Source of the DNA: Saccostrea cucullata
Lineage: Eukaryota
Length of the DNA: 64,000 nucleotides
Reading direction: 5' to 3'
NCBI RefSeq assembly: GCF_032062105.1
Contig: NW_026929674.1
Span: 62,001-126,000, forward strand
The notes under the pieces are model-generated. The model did not search any database. It saw only the letters and a program-made list of their open reading frames with translations, and had not been told where the DNA came from. Below are positions 37,242 to 50,575 of the stretch, in pieces. The translations under genes and the position numbers were made by a program. Each line of letters opens with the position of its first letter. The first letter of the stretch is position 1.

Positions 37242-39534
37242 TATAATGTTCTTTTATTATCTTATTGCAGAGAAGGCAAATCCAGATGTCAAACATGCTC
37301 TGATATGCCCACCCTCGCAATGGTTAATTTGACCAATACAGCTTGTCTTCGGCTACCATGAACTTCGTTTGATTATCAATTACAAAACTGAGCTGAATGT
37401 AAAAATATGAGAAACATTTCTTTTTAAACACTTATTATTATTTTGATTAACAAGCCGTGACTGAAACATATAATTTGGTGACGTAATATATATACTTCAT
37501 AAAATTGAATTACCATCAAATTGTCCAACATATCAGTTAGCCTCTGCATATGAGATACAGTCAAAATAACATATAAAGCTTTGGTTATATTAATGACGAA
37601 CTAAAAGTTTGTGTAAAATAATTCTGATCTACCTTTTCTTCGAAGAAAAATAAGCTGATAAAGGTCCAGGTTTTTACTTACGTAATAATAAATACCCTGT
37701 AAGTCAGGATTGACGGGAGATTGTTCCATTTTTATAGGAGCATTCTAATCTTTCAAAAGCTTTCGAACAAATAAGCAGTTTCTGATAACTTCGAAATGTC
37801 ATTAGATTAGTAAGGGATATACTGAATGAGAATTTCGATTATGTTTGTGTTTAATTATACAAGCTCACAACATTATCCATTTGAATGATAATGAGTTTTC
37901 TCAGAAACTATAAAAATTATGAAATAATGAAAGATAAAGATTTATGGTATATAATTTTTGCACTCTAAAAAACAGTGTAGACTTTATTTAATTTTCTATC
38001 TTTTATAATGAATATTAAGTTGAAATAAATAATTAAAATTCCTTTTTCAAGGTCAATAATTTTGTGTTTTATAATTATATATTCATATTATCAGAATACT
38101 AATATATATCTAAACGACCTTCGTGACATGTAGTCGTATTTTAACTACAATTTTTATCATAACTTGAAGTGTAACTATGAAAACAAATTAGAACTTCAAT
38201 CTTTTATTTCAAGATTTTAAATCATTTCAGTGGCTTAAAGTGAAATAAGTTCTAAACCAAAATCAAAAAAATCAATACAAGCAAAAGCGGAAGAAGATGC
38301 TTTAACATGATACGTTGACAACATTATCACCAGTGTCAACAATAAAAACATAGTACAGCCGTTAGAATCCTTACGCCCTCGGGCCGGTCACGTCTGTCTA
38401 ATTAATTTCCTCGCTAGCTTTATAACTGTATTACGCTGTATCTGTACGTTAAGTGTCACTTAGTAGAACAATGAGTTCCTATTTAACATCGGTCTACATT
38501 GTGTATTATGTTTTTCTTTTTCTTGTTTTTTATAACATAAACAAGCTCAATTTTTCAATGTTGAGGAACAAATCCGCAATAAAACTTTATAAATTTTACT
38601 AAATTTTATTTTGCAACAACACGTCTTTTGTTATTCCTCTGTTTTCTAGAAGGAATGTGTATGTTTTCTTATACTTAACGTAGAGGGTATTCTGATCATA
38701 ATAACATTCCCCTGTCTTTTATTTTGTGAAATTTATAAAAGGAAGATAAATCCTACAACATTTTTTCAATCACGTGCTCTTCCATTTATTTTCATTTCAC
38801 CCATATCAATTGCCCATAGGCGGCAATATTAATAGATGTAACCATTGCTATATAATTCCCAGTATTTCATCATTCATACTAATTTAAGAATTCAAAATCG
38901 TTCGTCTTTCATTACTTATTTGCAATCAGTTTACACGCAATACTAATTTAAGTTTTACATAATTAAGTGTTTTAAACATTTCTTTTTAGAATATGCATTT
39001 TAACAAATTTCAAAGTCCATGAAGACCCACGTATTTATTCCCTAAATGGTTGTCAAAAATTTCAACTGATCATAAATCACAAAAGTTGCCTGTCATTTCC
39101 CCTGTATACAGTTGTATGTGCTGGGCGATATGTCATTGATCTGCCATTGATCATTGACTTTATATCTGATCACTACACATGTTTTACTGAACTGAGAAGA
39201 TCAAAAAATCAAATATTAAATGAAAAGATTTTAAAAGAGAAAGCCAGATTGTTGACAGTAGGATCCGATCAATGTGCCATGCTAATGTTTTAAGTTTTCT
39301 GATATTCCATCCATCACTAATAAGGTTCATTTCTATTTATTCTATGCTGTTGGATTCTACATTTCGTGAGATCTTTTTACTTTTGCACGTCCCTTCGTTT
39401 TAAGGACTAAAATTATTATTACTTACTTTATACTGGATAGCTACCAATCATTTCTATTTCTTTGGGTTCTTTTTTCTTATATTAATCTGACGTTTTGAGT
39501 TTCTTGCAATGTTTTCATCTTGTCTTTCTTCCAG

Positions 39535-40744
39535 TCACCACGCCCCTACAAACCCCTCTCAGTCTGCCCCTCGGCCGTACCAGACAGGGACAGAGGAACA
39601 GAAATGTATGGTGATCGTCAGGAGAACCTTCCTGGAGAAGGAGATGGTCATCTACCCGTGCTTTCGACCCATCAGAGGGGTCACCCCTGTCTCAGCCCAC
39701 CAAAGGTAACAACGGGGATAACGTCTGCTGGACAAAAAACGAGGGAAAATAATTAACAGTGCATGTGGTTATTGTTATTATTCTTTATAGAAAGGCATAA
39801 GTAAATATGTGTTTTATTACTATTGTTTTATGCAATTCTGTTGTTTACATCAAAATATGGCATTAATTGCCTCTAAATGCTCGTATGGGGTCTTCATATA
39901 TCATTGCAATAGCCTTGAAATGGTCTATAAACCAATGACTAATATTCCTTAATGTCTGTACATAATCAATAGTAAAAGGGTAAAGCTCTTCTGAAGGATT
40001 AGTCACTTTTTCTTAGAGGTTTACCTCAGTAAGTCATTAATCTGTGACAGGTATTATCCTAGGTTATTAATACACACTTGAGGCACATTTCCAATCATTA
40101 TCAAAACGGCTTAGATGAATATATATGAAGGGGATAAAACTCATATCATGTACAGATGTTTAGTATATCCTTATACCTTTTTCCATAGGTAGAATAATTA
40201 TCCTTACTATATATAGTGGCATATATCAAAGGCATAGTTATGGAGACTTTGATTTGCTCTTCAGAGATGTTCATTTCCTTGCTGATATTGCCTTTAAAAT
40301 TCAAAGCACTTAAATGCCAACTTTGTTGCAGCTTGTTTTCAAAGTCATGGCTCCATTCTTTGCTTCAATATAATATATTTCTTTTTCTTTCATTTATAAA
40401 GAATGATTTTTAATTTAATGGTATAAGAGAAATTGTCATCTTTTAACATATAGCTATTGCCCAAATGAAGCATACATCAAGCACTCAATATCTGAAGTTG
40501 ATGGTGTAATACACCCTACTACGTGTCCTGCACAGATGTTTATGTTACTCAAAATGTCCCCTGACGATTATATGTGTATTATATCATAATTGACTTGATT
40601 TATTGATATCTTACAGCTCACTAGGTATGGTGTGTAGAGGCTACACCACTATTCCCAGCACTAAATACCTCCGGATGTCCATTTGTTGTCCGGGATGGTA
40701 CTCAGACCAGCAGGGACGCTGTACAATGAGTGAGTGTCTTTCAA

Positions 40745-40794
<50 letters not shown>

Positions 40795-40832
40795 GTAAAC
40801 TTTTCACATTTTCATCTTTTCTAACCACTGGG

Positions 40833-40868
<36 letters not shown>

Positions 40869-40873
40869 GGGAA

Positions 40874-40904
<31 letters not shown>

Positions 40905-43900
40905 CTTCCAAGGGGAGATAATTATGAATTTGAGAAAAATTTATGGCATTTTTAAAAAATCTTCTTCTCCAGAACCGCTGGGCCAGGAAAGATGAAACAC
41001 ATGTGGAAGCATCCTCAGGTAGTGTAGATTCAAGTTTGTTCAAATCATGACCCCCGGGGCAAGGGTGGGGCCAAAATGGCCGACCCAAGTTTTACATAGG
41101 AATATATAGGAAAAATCTTTTAAAATCTTCTTCTCCAGTACCACTGGGCCAGGAAAGATGAAACTCATGTGGAATCATCCTCAGGTAGTGTGGATTCAAG
41201 TTTGGTCAAATCATGACCCCCAGGGCAAGGGTGGGGCCAAAATGGCCGACCCAAGTTTTACATAGGAATATATAGGGAAAATCTTTAAAAATCTTTTTCT
41301 CCAGAACCACTGGGCCAGGAAAGATGAAACTCATGTGGAATCATCCTCAGGTAGAGCAGATTTCACATGACCCCCCCGGGGCAAAGGTGGGGCCAAAATG
41401 GCCGACCCAAGTTTTACATAGGAATATATAGGAAAAATCTTTAAAAATCTTCTTCTCCAGAACCACTGGACCAGGAAAGATGAAACTCATGTGGAATCAT
41501 CCTCAGGTAGAGCAGATCAGTTTGTTCAAATCATGACCCCCCGGGGCAAAAGTGGGGCCAAAATGGCCGACCCAAGTTTTACATAGGAATATATAGGAAA
41601 AATCTTTAAAAATCTTCTTCTCCAGAACCACTGGACCAGGAAAGATGAAACTCATGTGGAATCATCCTCAGGTAGTGTAGATTCAAGTTTGGTCAAATCA
41701 TGATCCCTGTGGCAAGGGTGGGGCCAAAATAATATAGTTTTACATAGGAATATATAACAAAAATCTTCTTCTCCAGAACCACTAGGACAGGAAAGATGAA
41801 ACTCATGTGGAATCATCCTCAGGTAGTGTAGATTCAAGTTTGTTCAAATCATGACCCCTGTGGCAAGGGTGGGGCCAAAATGGCCGTCCCAAGTTTTACA
41901 TAGAAATATATAGGAAAAATCTTTAAAAATCTTCTTCTCAAGAACCACTGGGCCAGGATAGATGAAACTCATGTGGAATCATCCTCAGGTAGTGTAGATT
42001 CAAGTTTGTTCAAATCATGACCCCCGGGGCTAGGGTGGGGCCAAAATGGCCGACCCAAGCTTTATATAGGGATATGTAGAGAAACCTTTTAAAATCTTCT
42101 TTTCAAGTACTTCAAAGCTATGACTTGTGATATTTATATAGAATCACTCAGGTAGTGTAGATTCTAGTTTGTTAATGATGAACCTGAGTAAATTTAAGCC
42201 TGAAGCGCTGTGGCCCCTGGGCCTCTTATTGTACTCATAATGAAATTTTTAAAGTAAAACTACAACACTAATACTAAACTCTTCACTATTTGATCAAATA
42301 AATATTTTTAAACATGAATGTAATTGAAAAAGGAGGATTACTTCATCTGATTTTAAAACCGACTACTGTCAAACATCCTTACTGTCACTTGCAGAATATG
42401 GACCACAAGATACTTATAAGATAACATTCTCTTTTTAACTTAATAATAGATATCTAAGTCTGAAGAAGCTATTTTCTCTTTTCAGTATTGTTATGTGTAC
42501 CCTATAATATACAATATTCACAGAATCACCACCAAAATCCAACATTTATTTCTTTGGAATAGATCAATCCTTGAATTTATATCACTGTTTTTCACCAATA
42601 TAATTTGAAATAAAGCGTGTCTTTCTGAAATCTTTAGCAGAATTTTGTTGGACGCACTTGTAAAATCGGGGTCTTGCTTTTTGTCATTTAACTATAAGCT
42701 TAGGAAGGGATTTCAATTGAATCTTTGTGGTCACGTGCATCTGCCTCACTGAAACCTACTCACAAGTATTAATTTTTTTATCACAATTTGCAGTTTTATA
42801 TCATATAAATATACTAGATAGGTTTTGATTTTTTGGCATAATAAATAGAAGAAAATCATTTATTCTACTTACCTGAAATAGTTTAAAGATGGTCAAAATA
42901 CTGGAAACATAATTGAAATGACACAGTAACAAATTGAGCAGTGATATATGATGTGGTCTCCTAAAATATAAACATGAATATATTTTCGGAATTTCTTTAC
43001 TTGGTCTAACATTCCAGTGACCCACAAATAATATATAAACGTCAGACAGCTAATGTTTGACCTTTTTAAGACTTATTTTAAGACCATTGATGAATGTAAA
43101 CTTCATCTAAATTTAAAAAGACAATTATTTAAGCTAAAAGTTGATGTTAGACTTCATTATGTGGCTGACCAAATCATGATGCTCTTAATATTATTCCATC
43201 AACATATTTGGTTGTACAAATGATTTATCAGTAGGAATATTTCCTACATTGTAAAAAAAAAAGACTGCACATGTTTAACATTTATTAGAGAGTATGTTTT
43301 AATTTGCATAGGTTTTCGTCAAAACTAAGTGAAAACTGTTTCTTAAGCATAAAACAGCTGTATTGCATAAGCATCTTTTGCGTATTCAATAAAGAATCCG
43401 GTATATTGACTATGATGTACAAATATACCCTGACGTTTCCAGAAAATAAGTTGGTCTGGTTCTTTTGCATTCATTGAAGCTTCACAAATATCCTAAACCA
43501 AAACCTGTCAAATAGCAGTAGCAGTCACAACGCTGCATGTAAGAACCCATGACCACATTTGACAGGCAATAAATCTGCAGTCGCCAATTTCAAATGATCA
43601 CAAGGAAACGAATATGTTTCGACAAAGGTTACAAAGTGCCCTTTTATTATATGATATTTCAAAGCATGTAATCGTTTTCTTGCTACGGCTTTTTGCCGAG
43701 ATGTCTTTTTAATCGTATATACATGTAAGAATTTTCCACTTGATTCAAAATAATCCCTCATTTAGGATTGATTTAGTAGAAATGGCTTTGCTTCGTTAAA
43801 TCCTCGACAATGTTAGAACCTATTAATATCAGGTTTTGTCTGTTGTTGTCCGTTGTCTTACGTTGTCGATCTTTTGTAAACATTTGTATACTAGTATTTT

Positions 43901-46787
43901 GTAGGGTTTTTTTCTGAAAAAGAAATGAGATATTCAGACCTTTACTTCTAGGGTTCAATCCTAACATTTTACTAAAACTATGCAATATCTTTGAAATTTT
44001 ACTATATTCTAGGGGGACCAAGTAGATATACATGTACATTGTATTTTTTCTAAATTCGTGAAATATGTGGTCCCTGGATGTAGAGCTTGCTCAGGGTGGA
44101 ATTATTTTAAAATATTTCTTAACATCGGGAATACAGGCAGTTTGCTTGGTTGTACAAGGCTTTAAAGCCCCTACTTTATTCTTAAAATATTAACATCTTA
44201 ATATTCACGGCTTATTTTCTGGAATAGTTGGTCATATAATACACAAAATAGGTTTTTATCATATGCTTACGGCAAGCAGTATGGTCCTGTACACGTTTTT
44301 TAAATTTTATTGTTCTTTTCCAGAGGTAGACGACCGAGGCCGAGAGTCAAAGATGCCAAGGTTGAGCGCACCTGTTCAGGAAGATAAACCTAAGAACCTT
44401 AAATCTCTTCCTAAATACCCGGCATCTTATGACAACCAAAGATATGGTCCAATGATGCGCACGCAGCCTCCACCAGACAGGTGGACACCAAACAACATGG
44501 CAATGCGCAGGATCCAAAAGATGATGGAGCAGAGATTGAGGTTGATAGAAATGATTGAAAGAAAGATGAGAGAACGTGAACAGTCTGTTTCTACTGTTCC
44601 CCCAGTTCCTCAATCTCCGGTAGGAAAACTTTTCCCTGCCGTAGGAAAATTTATAACAGTGAGCAAGTCTTTCATTCCTGCACGGAAAGGTATGTCAACA
44701 CCACAACAGACCAAGATATCACAAATACCCATCCGTCAACAGCCTGCCAGACAGGTACCCAGAATTCCAAAGCCACAACAACAAAAACCACAACTCATTA
44801 TCTCACAGAAAAAGAGCTTTGTACAGATTCCACGACCGTCAACCCCACAATTCTCTCCTGTCAGACAGTCCACACGTGTTCATATCAACATGCCAAATCC
44901 TTTCCCACAAATTCCTCAACGTCCACCAATGCAACAGCGACAAATGCCTCAGATTCCACGCACACCAGATCGACGCTTCCAGATGATGCCAGCAAATGCT
45001 CCAATGAACACACACTCACAATTCCCCAGAATCCCTCCCCATCCCATGTCTCAGCTCCTTCAGCGTATGGGTCAAGACAGGGGGGTGTTCCTGCCAAGGG
45101 TTCCTGTCCAGATGCCACCAGTTCAGGTTCAACCAGGACCCAACCTTGGTAAGCTTTAAAAAAACAGTGGCAATCTTTTTTCTCTCAAAAATCAAAATTC
45201 GAAGTTATTAGAAGTTGGCAATATAGTGTTTTCTTCTTAACTTCATACGTATATTAAAATTGTATATGATAAAAATTTCTTTTTTAAAGGTTTCCCTTCA
45301 CCTCCACCATGTTTCGCTGCCTATCTCGACGTGGTTCAATCCTGTTTTAAGGAGTCGGGTGTCGAGATGCCCCCAGATCATGGCATTCTTAATGGAGACT
45401 ATAATTACCGGGGCGTCTGTCAGTAAGTAAAGTTAATTAAATTCCAATTTTTACTTAATTTAGCTCGCTTAATATTATCAAAGGGCTTGATATAGCCAGA
45501 TATTCTCAACCTACGATCAAACTGTAATTAAGAGAATGTTTACGCGTTGTTCTTGTTTTCAAGGGAGAAGATTCCTATTGCTGATTGTATAAAACGTTCT
45601 GTTCATCCATGTTCCACACTCCAGGAACATATGTTAGTCCGAACCACAATGGTCAACACCCTCTCTGAGATTGATAGGATCTGTCGTATCGACAATAGTA
45701 GGTTTTATATTTCTGCTTTGAAAAATAACAAATATCTAAGAATGAATTCTTGTACTGCGAGTATATGAATATTCAGTTAGAATGCACAACTTTATCTTTA
45801 AATTCTTGAAATTCGACATGTTGAAAGTGAAATTTCAAGTACATTTCTGATTCTGTAGTTCGAGGTATTGAGCACCGTATGTCAGCTGGAGACGATATCA
45901 CTCCGCCGCCGACAGAGCTTCCACAGGACAACACACACATGCACGGTGACGTAGTCCACAGCCACCCACACGACCATCCACACGATCACTCACACGGTCA
46001 TTCACACGATCACTCGCACGATGATCATGAACATCTTCCACTGGACACTCCACTCCATGAGAACACAATTCAGGTGCAACCAGCTACAGAACCCTCAACA
46101 GACGGAATACAGTTCCTTAGACCTTCAGGTCAGTTGATCAAAAGTTCATTGCTACAAACATGGCTACAGCCTTACAGATAATACTGATCTTAAGTATGAT
46201 ATACTTTTGGACACTTTTAACATTCATTATTTCTTTTGTTCTCAGATCAAATCAAACCTGAACCAGTAATAGACGACAAGCAAGACATTGCAACTGAAAT
46301 AAAGAATGAAATCAAACCTGAGATCAAACAAGCCATCGATGAGGCGAAGAAAGACGAAAGTGTTATGGTGGAACTTACCAAGATGATCGAAAACAATGTG
46401 GATGGACATGGTCATGCCCATCCTCATATACAGCACACTCATGGTGACATCACACATGAGTATTATCTTCCAATCCTTATCGGTACAGCCATCGGTGTTG
46501 CCGCCATCTTCCTTCTTCTGCTTGCTATTCTTTGTGTTTGTTGCCGAAGAAGAATCAAGAAGAAAGTTTATGTTGAAAAAGAACCCGAAAAACCAAAGTT
46601 GTTCGAGGGAATCTACACTATTGGAGTGCCTCCTCCAGTTTATGAAGTGAACGGTATTCCTCCATTGTCGTATGAAGAAGTCCGAGGGGTTAAAATTACG
46701 GGTTCACCGTCTTCTGTTAGACGTCATAATGACGCAAACGACGAGGTTGAGTACAGCTCGCGCCGTGGAGTCGTGTCAGACATTTAA
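39535..46787 (+). CDS. Common exons of an uncharacterised type-I membrane protein: EMI domain, Pro/Gln-rich region, Cys-helical segment, His-rich tract, TM, cytoplasmic tail (~860 aa with the distal first exon)
   Basis: Exons 39535-39705, 40617-40729, 44324-45148, 45290-45422, 45564-45697, 45859-46128, 46246-46787; all GT-AG, phases consistent, no stops. EMI signature C...PC...C...CCPGW...C. TM LPILIGTAIGVAAIFLLLLAILCVCC followed by RRRIKKK. AATAAA at ~46965. Confidence 0.9.
40745..42230 (+). mobile_element. Oyster-type HINE (Helentron non-autonomous) containing ~7 tandem ~165-bp Cg170-like satellite units
   Basis: 5' TTTTTAGCTCACCTGAGCCGAAGGCTCAAGTGAGCT; 3' GTGGCCCCTGGGCCTCTT. Unit marker aaatcttcttctccag recurs at about 40957, 41122, 41289, 41446, 41610, 41761, 41927 and 42091. 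Confidence 0.92.
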
Positions 46788-48079
46788 GTGAAAACGAGGC
46801 TAGTAGTCATGACGAACAGTGCTATTTCTTCAACCTTCCCAAAGTTTTCGTTTTACTGATGTAGAGCAAGATTTATTGTAATAATGCAATCTCGTGATAG
46901 AATCTCGTCCATTCTTGTGTGTCAAATAACAAGTATCTTAATGTATATGCAATGTAATTGGTTGAATAAAATTCAATATTATCTTTAGGTATTATCGAGT
47001 TCTTCTTGTCTTGAAAATGTTCCATTTGGTCCATCTTATACGTGGGTTGCGGTTGGAAATCTAAAATAAGGAAGTATCAGTTCATTAGTATGAGAGTGGG
47101 GGCTCACTAACATTAACAATTTTTTATTTATATTTTTTAGGTTCGTCTTACATAAAATTACCAAGAGAAAAAAACAAGTATAGTAATCTATTCAGAATTC
47201 ACCTTGACAATTTTCCTTCAAAGTGCACGTGATATCTTGCAATAAGATCTCATGATGAAATATTTGACTCGACATTTGTCCTCCTTGCACTTTATCAGCC
47301 ATATTTGTGTTTTTTTTTCTTTTCGTGTGAGACACTATGTGGCATGTTTTGCTGTAAGCTGCATGTGTTAATTATAGCTAAATATGACTTTAGTCTTTAT
47401 GCTTTAATAGCTTCCAGATTCATTGACCAGAAAGTTGAAGCTGGTGTTATCTTAATCTGTAAAAAGAACCCTTGTGGGCAAGAAAATGTTTCTCTCACAA
47501 CCTTGTATGCACAGGGACCAGACAGTCTTTGAACTGTTTCTACTTTTCCCCGGCCGATCTCTTTTAAAAGCAAGAATATCATTTTAAAACGTAACGTTTT
47601 TGAGAATTTAAATGAGACACGTGAAATATGCAGTAGGATAGCTCTTCACGCCGACCATCTGGGAAAATGACGTTCTAATTTAACCACTACTTTCATCATT
47701 TACTTTTTTTAATTTAAGCTGCCAGAAATATAAAAATAAAAAAAAGATAAATAGTTAAACGTATACATCTAGCGCAGTTTATAAAAGTTGAACATACGTT
47801 TCGTAATAGAGGAAATGTTGGGTAATAGTTTTAGGTGAAAAATATAATTTGGAAAAATTTCAACTTTTCGACTTTTTCCAAGTTTGATCTCTCAGATATT
47901 GGACATTTATGTTGACATATTGTAATTTAGAAAATTGGTCCAGAAGCAGTTTCTATGATATCAAAATCCTTGATTTCTTTATAGTTATTATTTTGCTTTA
48001 ATAGCTGTTGTCAGAGGTTGTCTAAAGTGAAGAAAAAACTGTACGCTTCGATGTTACTGACTTTGGAATCATGTATTTT

Positions 48080-49450
48080 AACAGTTTAAATTTTCAAGGT
48101 TGAGAATTCACATCTGACTTAAATCATTTCAGGAATACTTTGTTAGAATGGAGTAGAAGAATCTAGAATGTTGAATTAAGCTGCTAAGGGGCAGTTTGAA
48201 TGCCATCTCTTCTTGTATCTTCAGTATATCAGAAGTTGAAAAAGAATTGGATAGATTACGTTATCAAAATGTGCTAGTTCCAGTTAACAAAGCTGGCAAT
48301 AACATTGTTTTGTCTGTAAGGCTCAATTTTTCATTTGTATTTGTAGAGGAACGTGCTTTTTATTCTGTAAGTATTAATTAAACTTTCAGTCATCATTCGT
48401 TTTCTAAGGAAAACATTTAAAATTCTTCAAAGCCGTACATGTCAGTTTTTTATATTCAAAATATTCCCTACTATTACAATGAGAAACTTGCAGAATACTG
48501 TACGCACAGCACTTTGTTTGAGAAGTGTTCAAATTCAGATGTGAATATGTAAAAATGAAAAAAAAAGATCTTTAGAAAATTTGAAATCACAAAATATAAG
48601 GAAAATCAAAAACAACAAATATAACGATTTTTCAAATTACTAGTACTTTTACAACCAATCCCCATGAACTATTTCTTTTGACCTCATAGACAGCTGCTTT
48701 TTCAATGGGATGCGTTAATTTTCTTACCTTATCATTTGCAATAACTTTAAAACTTTAAAAGATTAAGTCTTCCAACATGTTCTCGGAATTCCCATGTTGA
48801 CCAGTAGAGCCCGTTATTAGAAGACTTTTTTTTTGGTATTCACATCAAGCAGAATTCATTCAAAAACTTTTACATGAAAAAAAAAGACATCTCTTGCCGT
48901 GAATTCAACATTTATATATATCAATAAAAAATATTCAATTTTATTCCTATGTTGGTTCGATATATCCCGTTGACCTCGAAATAAAAGATTCACTGAATCT
49001 GACACATTTGAGCCACAATGGGTATTTAGATTTTCATTAGAAAAAAATGTTACGAAAACTATAAAATACAATTAAAAAATGATGACTCAACGTCCCTCAT
49101 TTGATTACCACCTGCATATTGAGCCTATGGCTCCCAATTGAATAGATACACAGGAACAAACAATTTTTAAAACGAGGCAAGCTACTGACAAACAATTTGA
49201 AGAAATAAGGAAATCAACTGTCTTTTTTAAAGTCATTCGTTTTCTAAGGAAAACATTTCGCATGTAGTTTTTTATATTCAAAATATTGCCCTACTATACA
49301 ATGACCTTGTCGGCAATACAAGTGTATCAAGAATGTAAAAAAGAAAAAAAAAAGATCGAAAATTTGAAATCACAAAATTAAGGAAAATCAAAAACGATTT
49401 TTATTTTGGTTACAAATAATTTTCCGTTATCATTTGCAATATCTTTAAAA
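48080..49450 (+). pseudogene. Decayed Penelope-like retroelement RT, partly duplicated (second copy continues at 50576-50830)
   Basis: Remnant motifs VLVPVNKAGNNIV (~48270-48310), GIPM (~48784) and AEFIQKLL (~48848). 48390-48760 recurs at 49232-49450, and 48886-49210 recurs at 50586-50830. Confidence 0.65.
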
Positions 49451-49451
49451 C

Positions 49452-50575
49452 TTTTTTTTTCAAGTTTTTTTTTATATAACACACTACAATTGCCAGTTAA
49501 CCCGGGTATTTAGGATAACCAACATAAAAACAACAAAGAAAAAGAAAATTCAAAATAAGTCATTATAACCAATTTGTTAAAAGTTTAACTAGGTCACACG
49601 TTTTCGACAAATTTAACATGTGGATGTAACATGAACTTCTCTTGTACAATATTTTCTATTCTGTTTTTCATTTTAAATTTATATATTTTATATGCCAGAT
49701 ATGATATTATAGTATTATAAAAACGAATTCTTGAATTTGTTTCCAAGTAGAATCCAAGTAGAATCCTACAACAATATGTTTCCATTGCACATCATAGTTC
49801 ATAACAAAATTCAACTTTAGCCATACACCTTTTACATTATCACAATTAAAAATTAGATGTTTTATATTTTCATTTTTTGCAAAATTCACATTTTGCATTT
49901 TCCTACATTTTTGTAAAAAGGAATTGTATCAACAATTTATAGGACGTTTATCATTGAGTTTGATTTTATTTCTATAAATATTACGTTTTCTCTCACACAA
50001 AAGCATATTGTATTTAAATAGCAACATATAATCTGAAAAATGTCATTTTACAATTCAAACCACTGTATTCAATTAAAAATACAACACTTCATATCAAACA
50101 TGCATTTCTTCCTTTTTTTGCTGTTCACACAAAAATTTACTATCATTTTCTTGTAATGTTTTAATTACCATTTTCACAAAGAGAGACAAAATATTATTAT
50201 CCAATTTTTAAAACATATTGTTTTACTGTGTTTCCAAAGTGGTTGTTGTCAAATGGATAAATTTGATATTTCTATTTCCTTTTTACATTTTTAAATGTTC
50301 TTTATAAAAAGTAGACAGGTGAGAAATAAGTGAAAAGTTTTCGAGTTTTCCAGACAATGATTAATTCAAATGCATTTTGAATACTAGTCTTGTTACCCAA
50401 GATGCCTTTAAGGCCTTTAATTTCAGTTCAATATCAACTAATCCTATTCCCCCTTCTTCTTGTTTGCCTATAACAGTATCTCGTTTGTTCCATATAAAAT
50501 TGAATACACTACTTTTTAATTTTTTTATAAAAAGGGAGGCAATACAATGTATCTTTGAACAAACAATGAAAGTCA
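49452..50575 (-). pseudogene. 5'-truncated, decayed L1/Tx1-type LINE ORF2 fragment
   Basis: FNFIWNKRD..IGKQEEGGIGLVDIELKLKALKASWVTRL and ENIKHLIFNCDNVKGVW (zf-RVT-like). Poly(A) remnant at 49452-49473. Confidence 0.75.

Noticed and set aside
37271-37322. Possible cassette exon after ttattgcag
   Set aside because: Weak donor, and its 52-nt length would break the phase with exon 39535.
40804-41837. ORFs 40804-41088 and 41652-41837
   Set aside because: Translations of satellite units inside the HINE.
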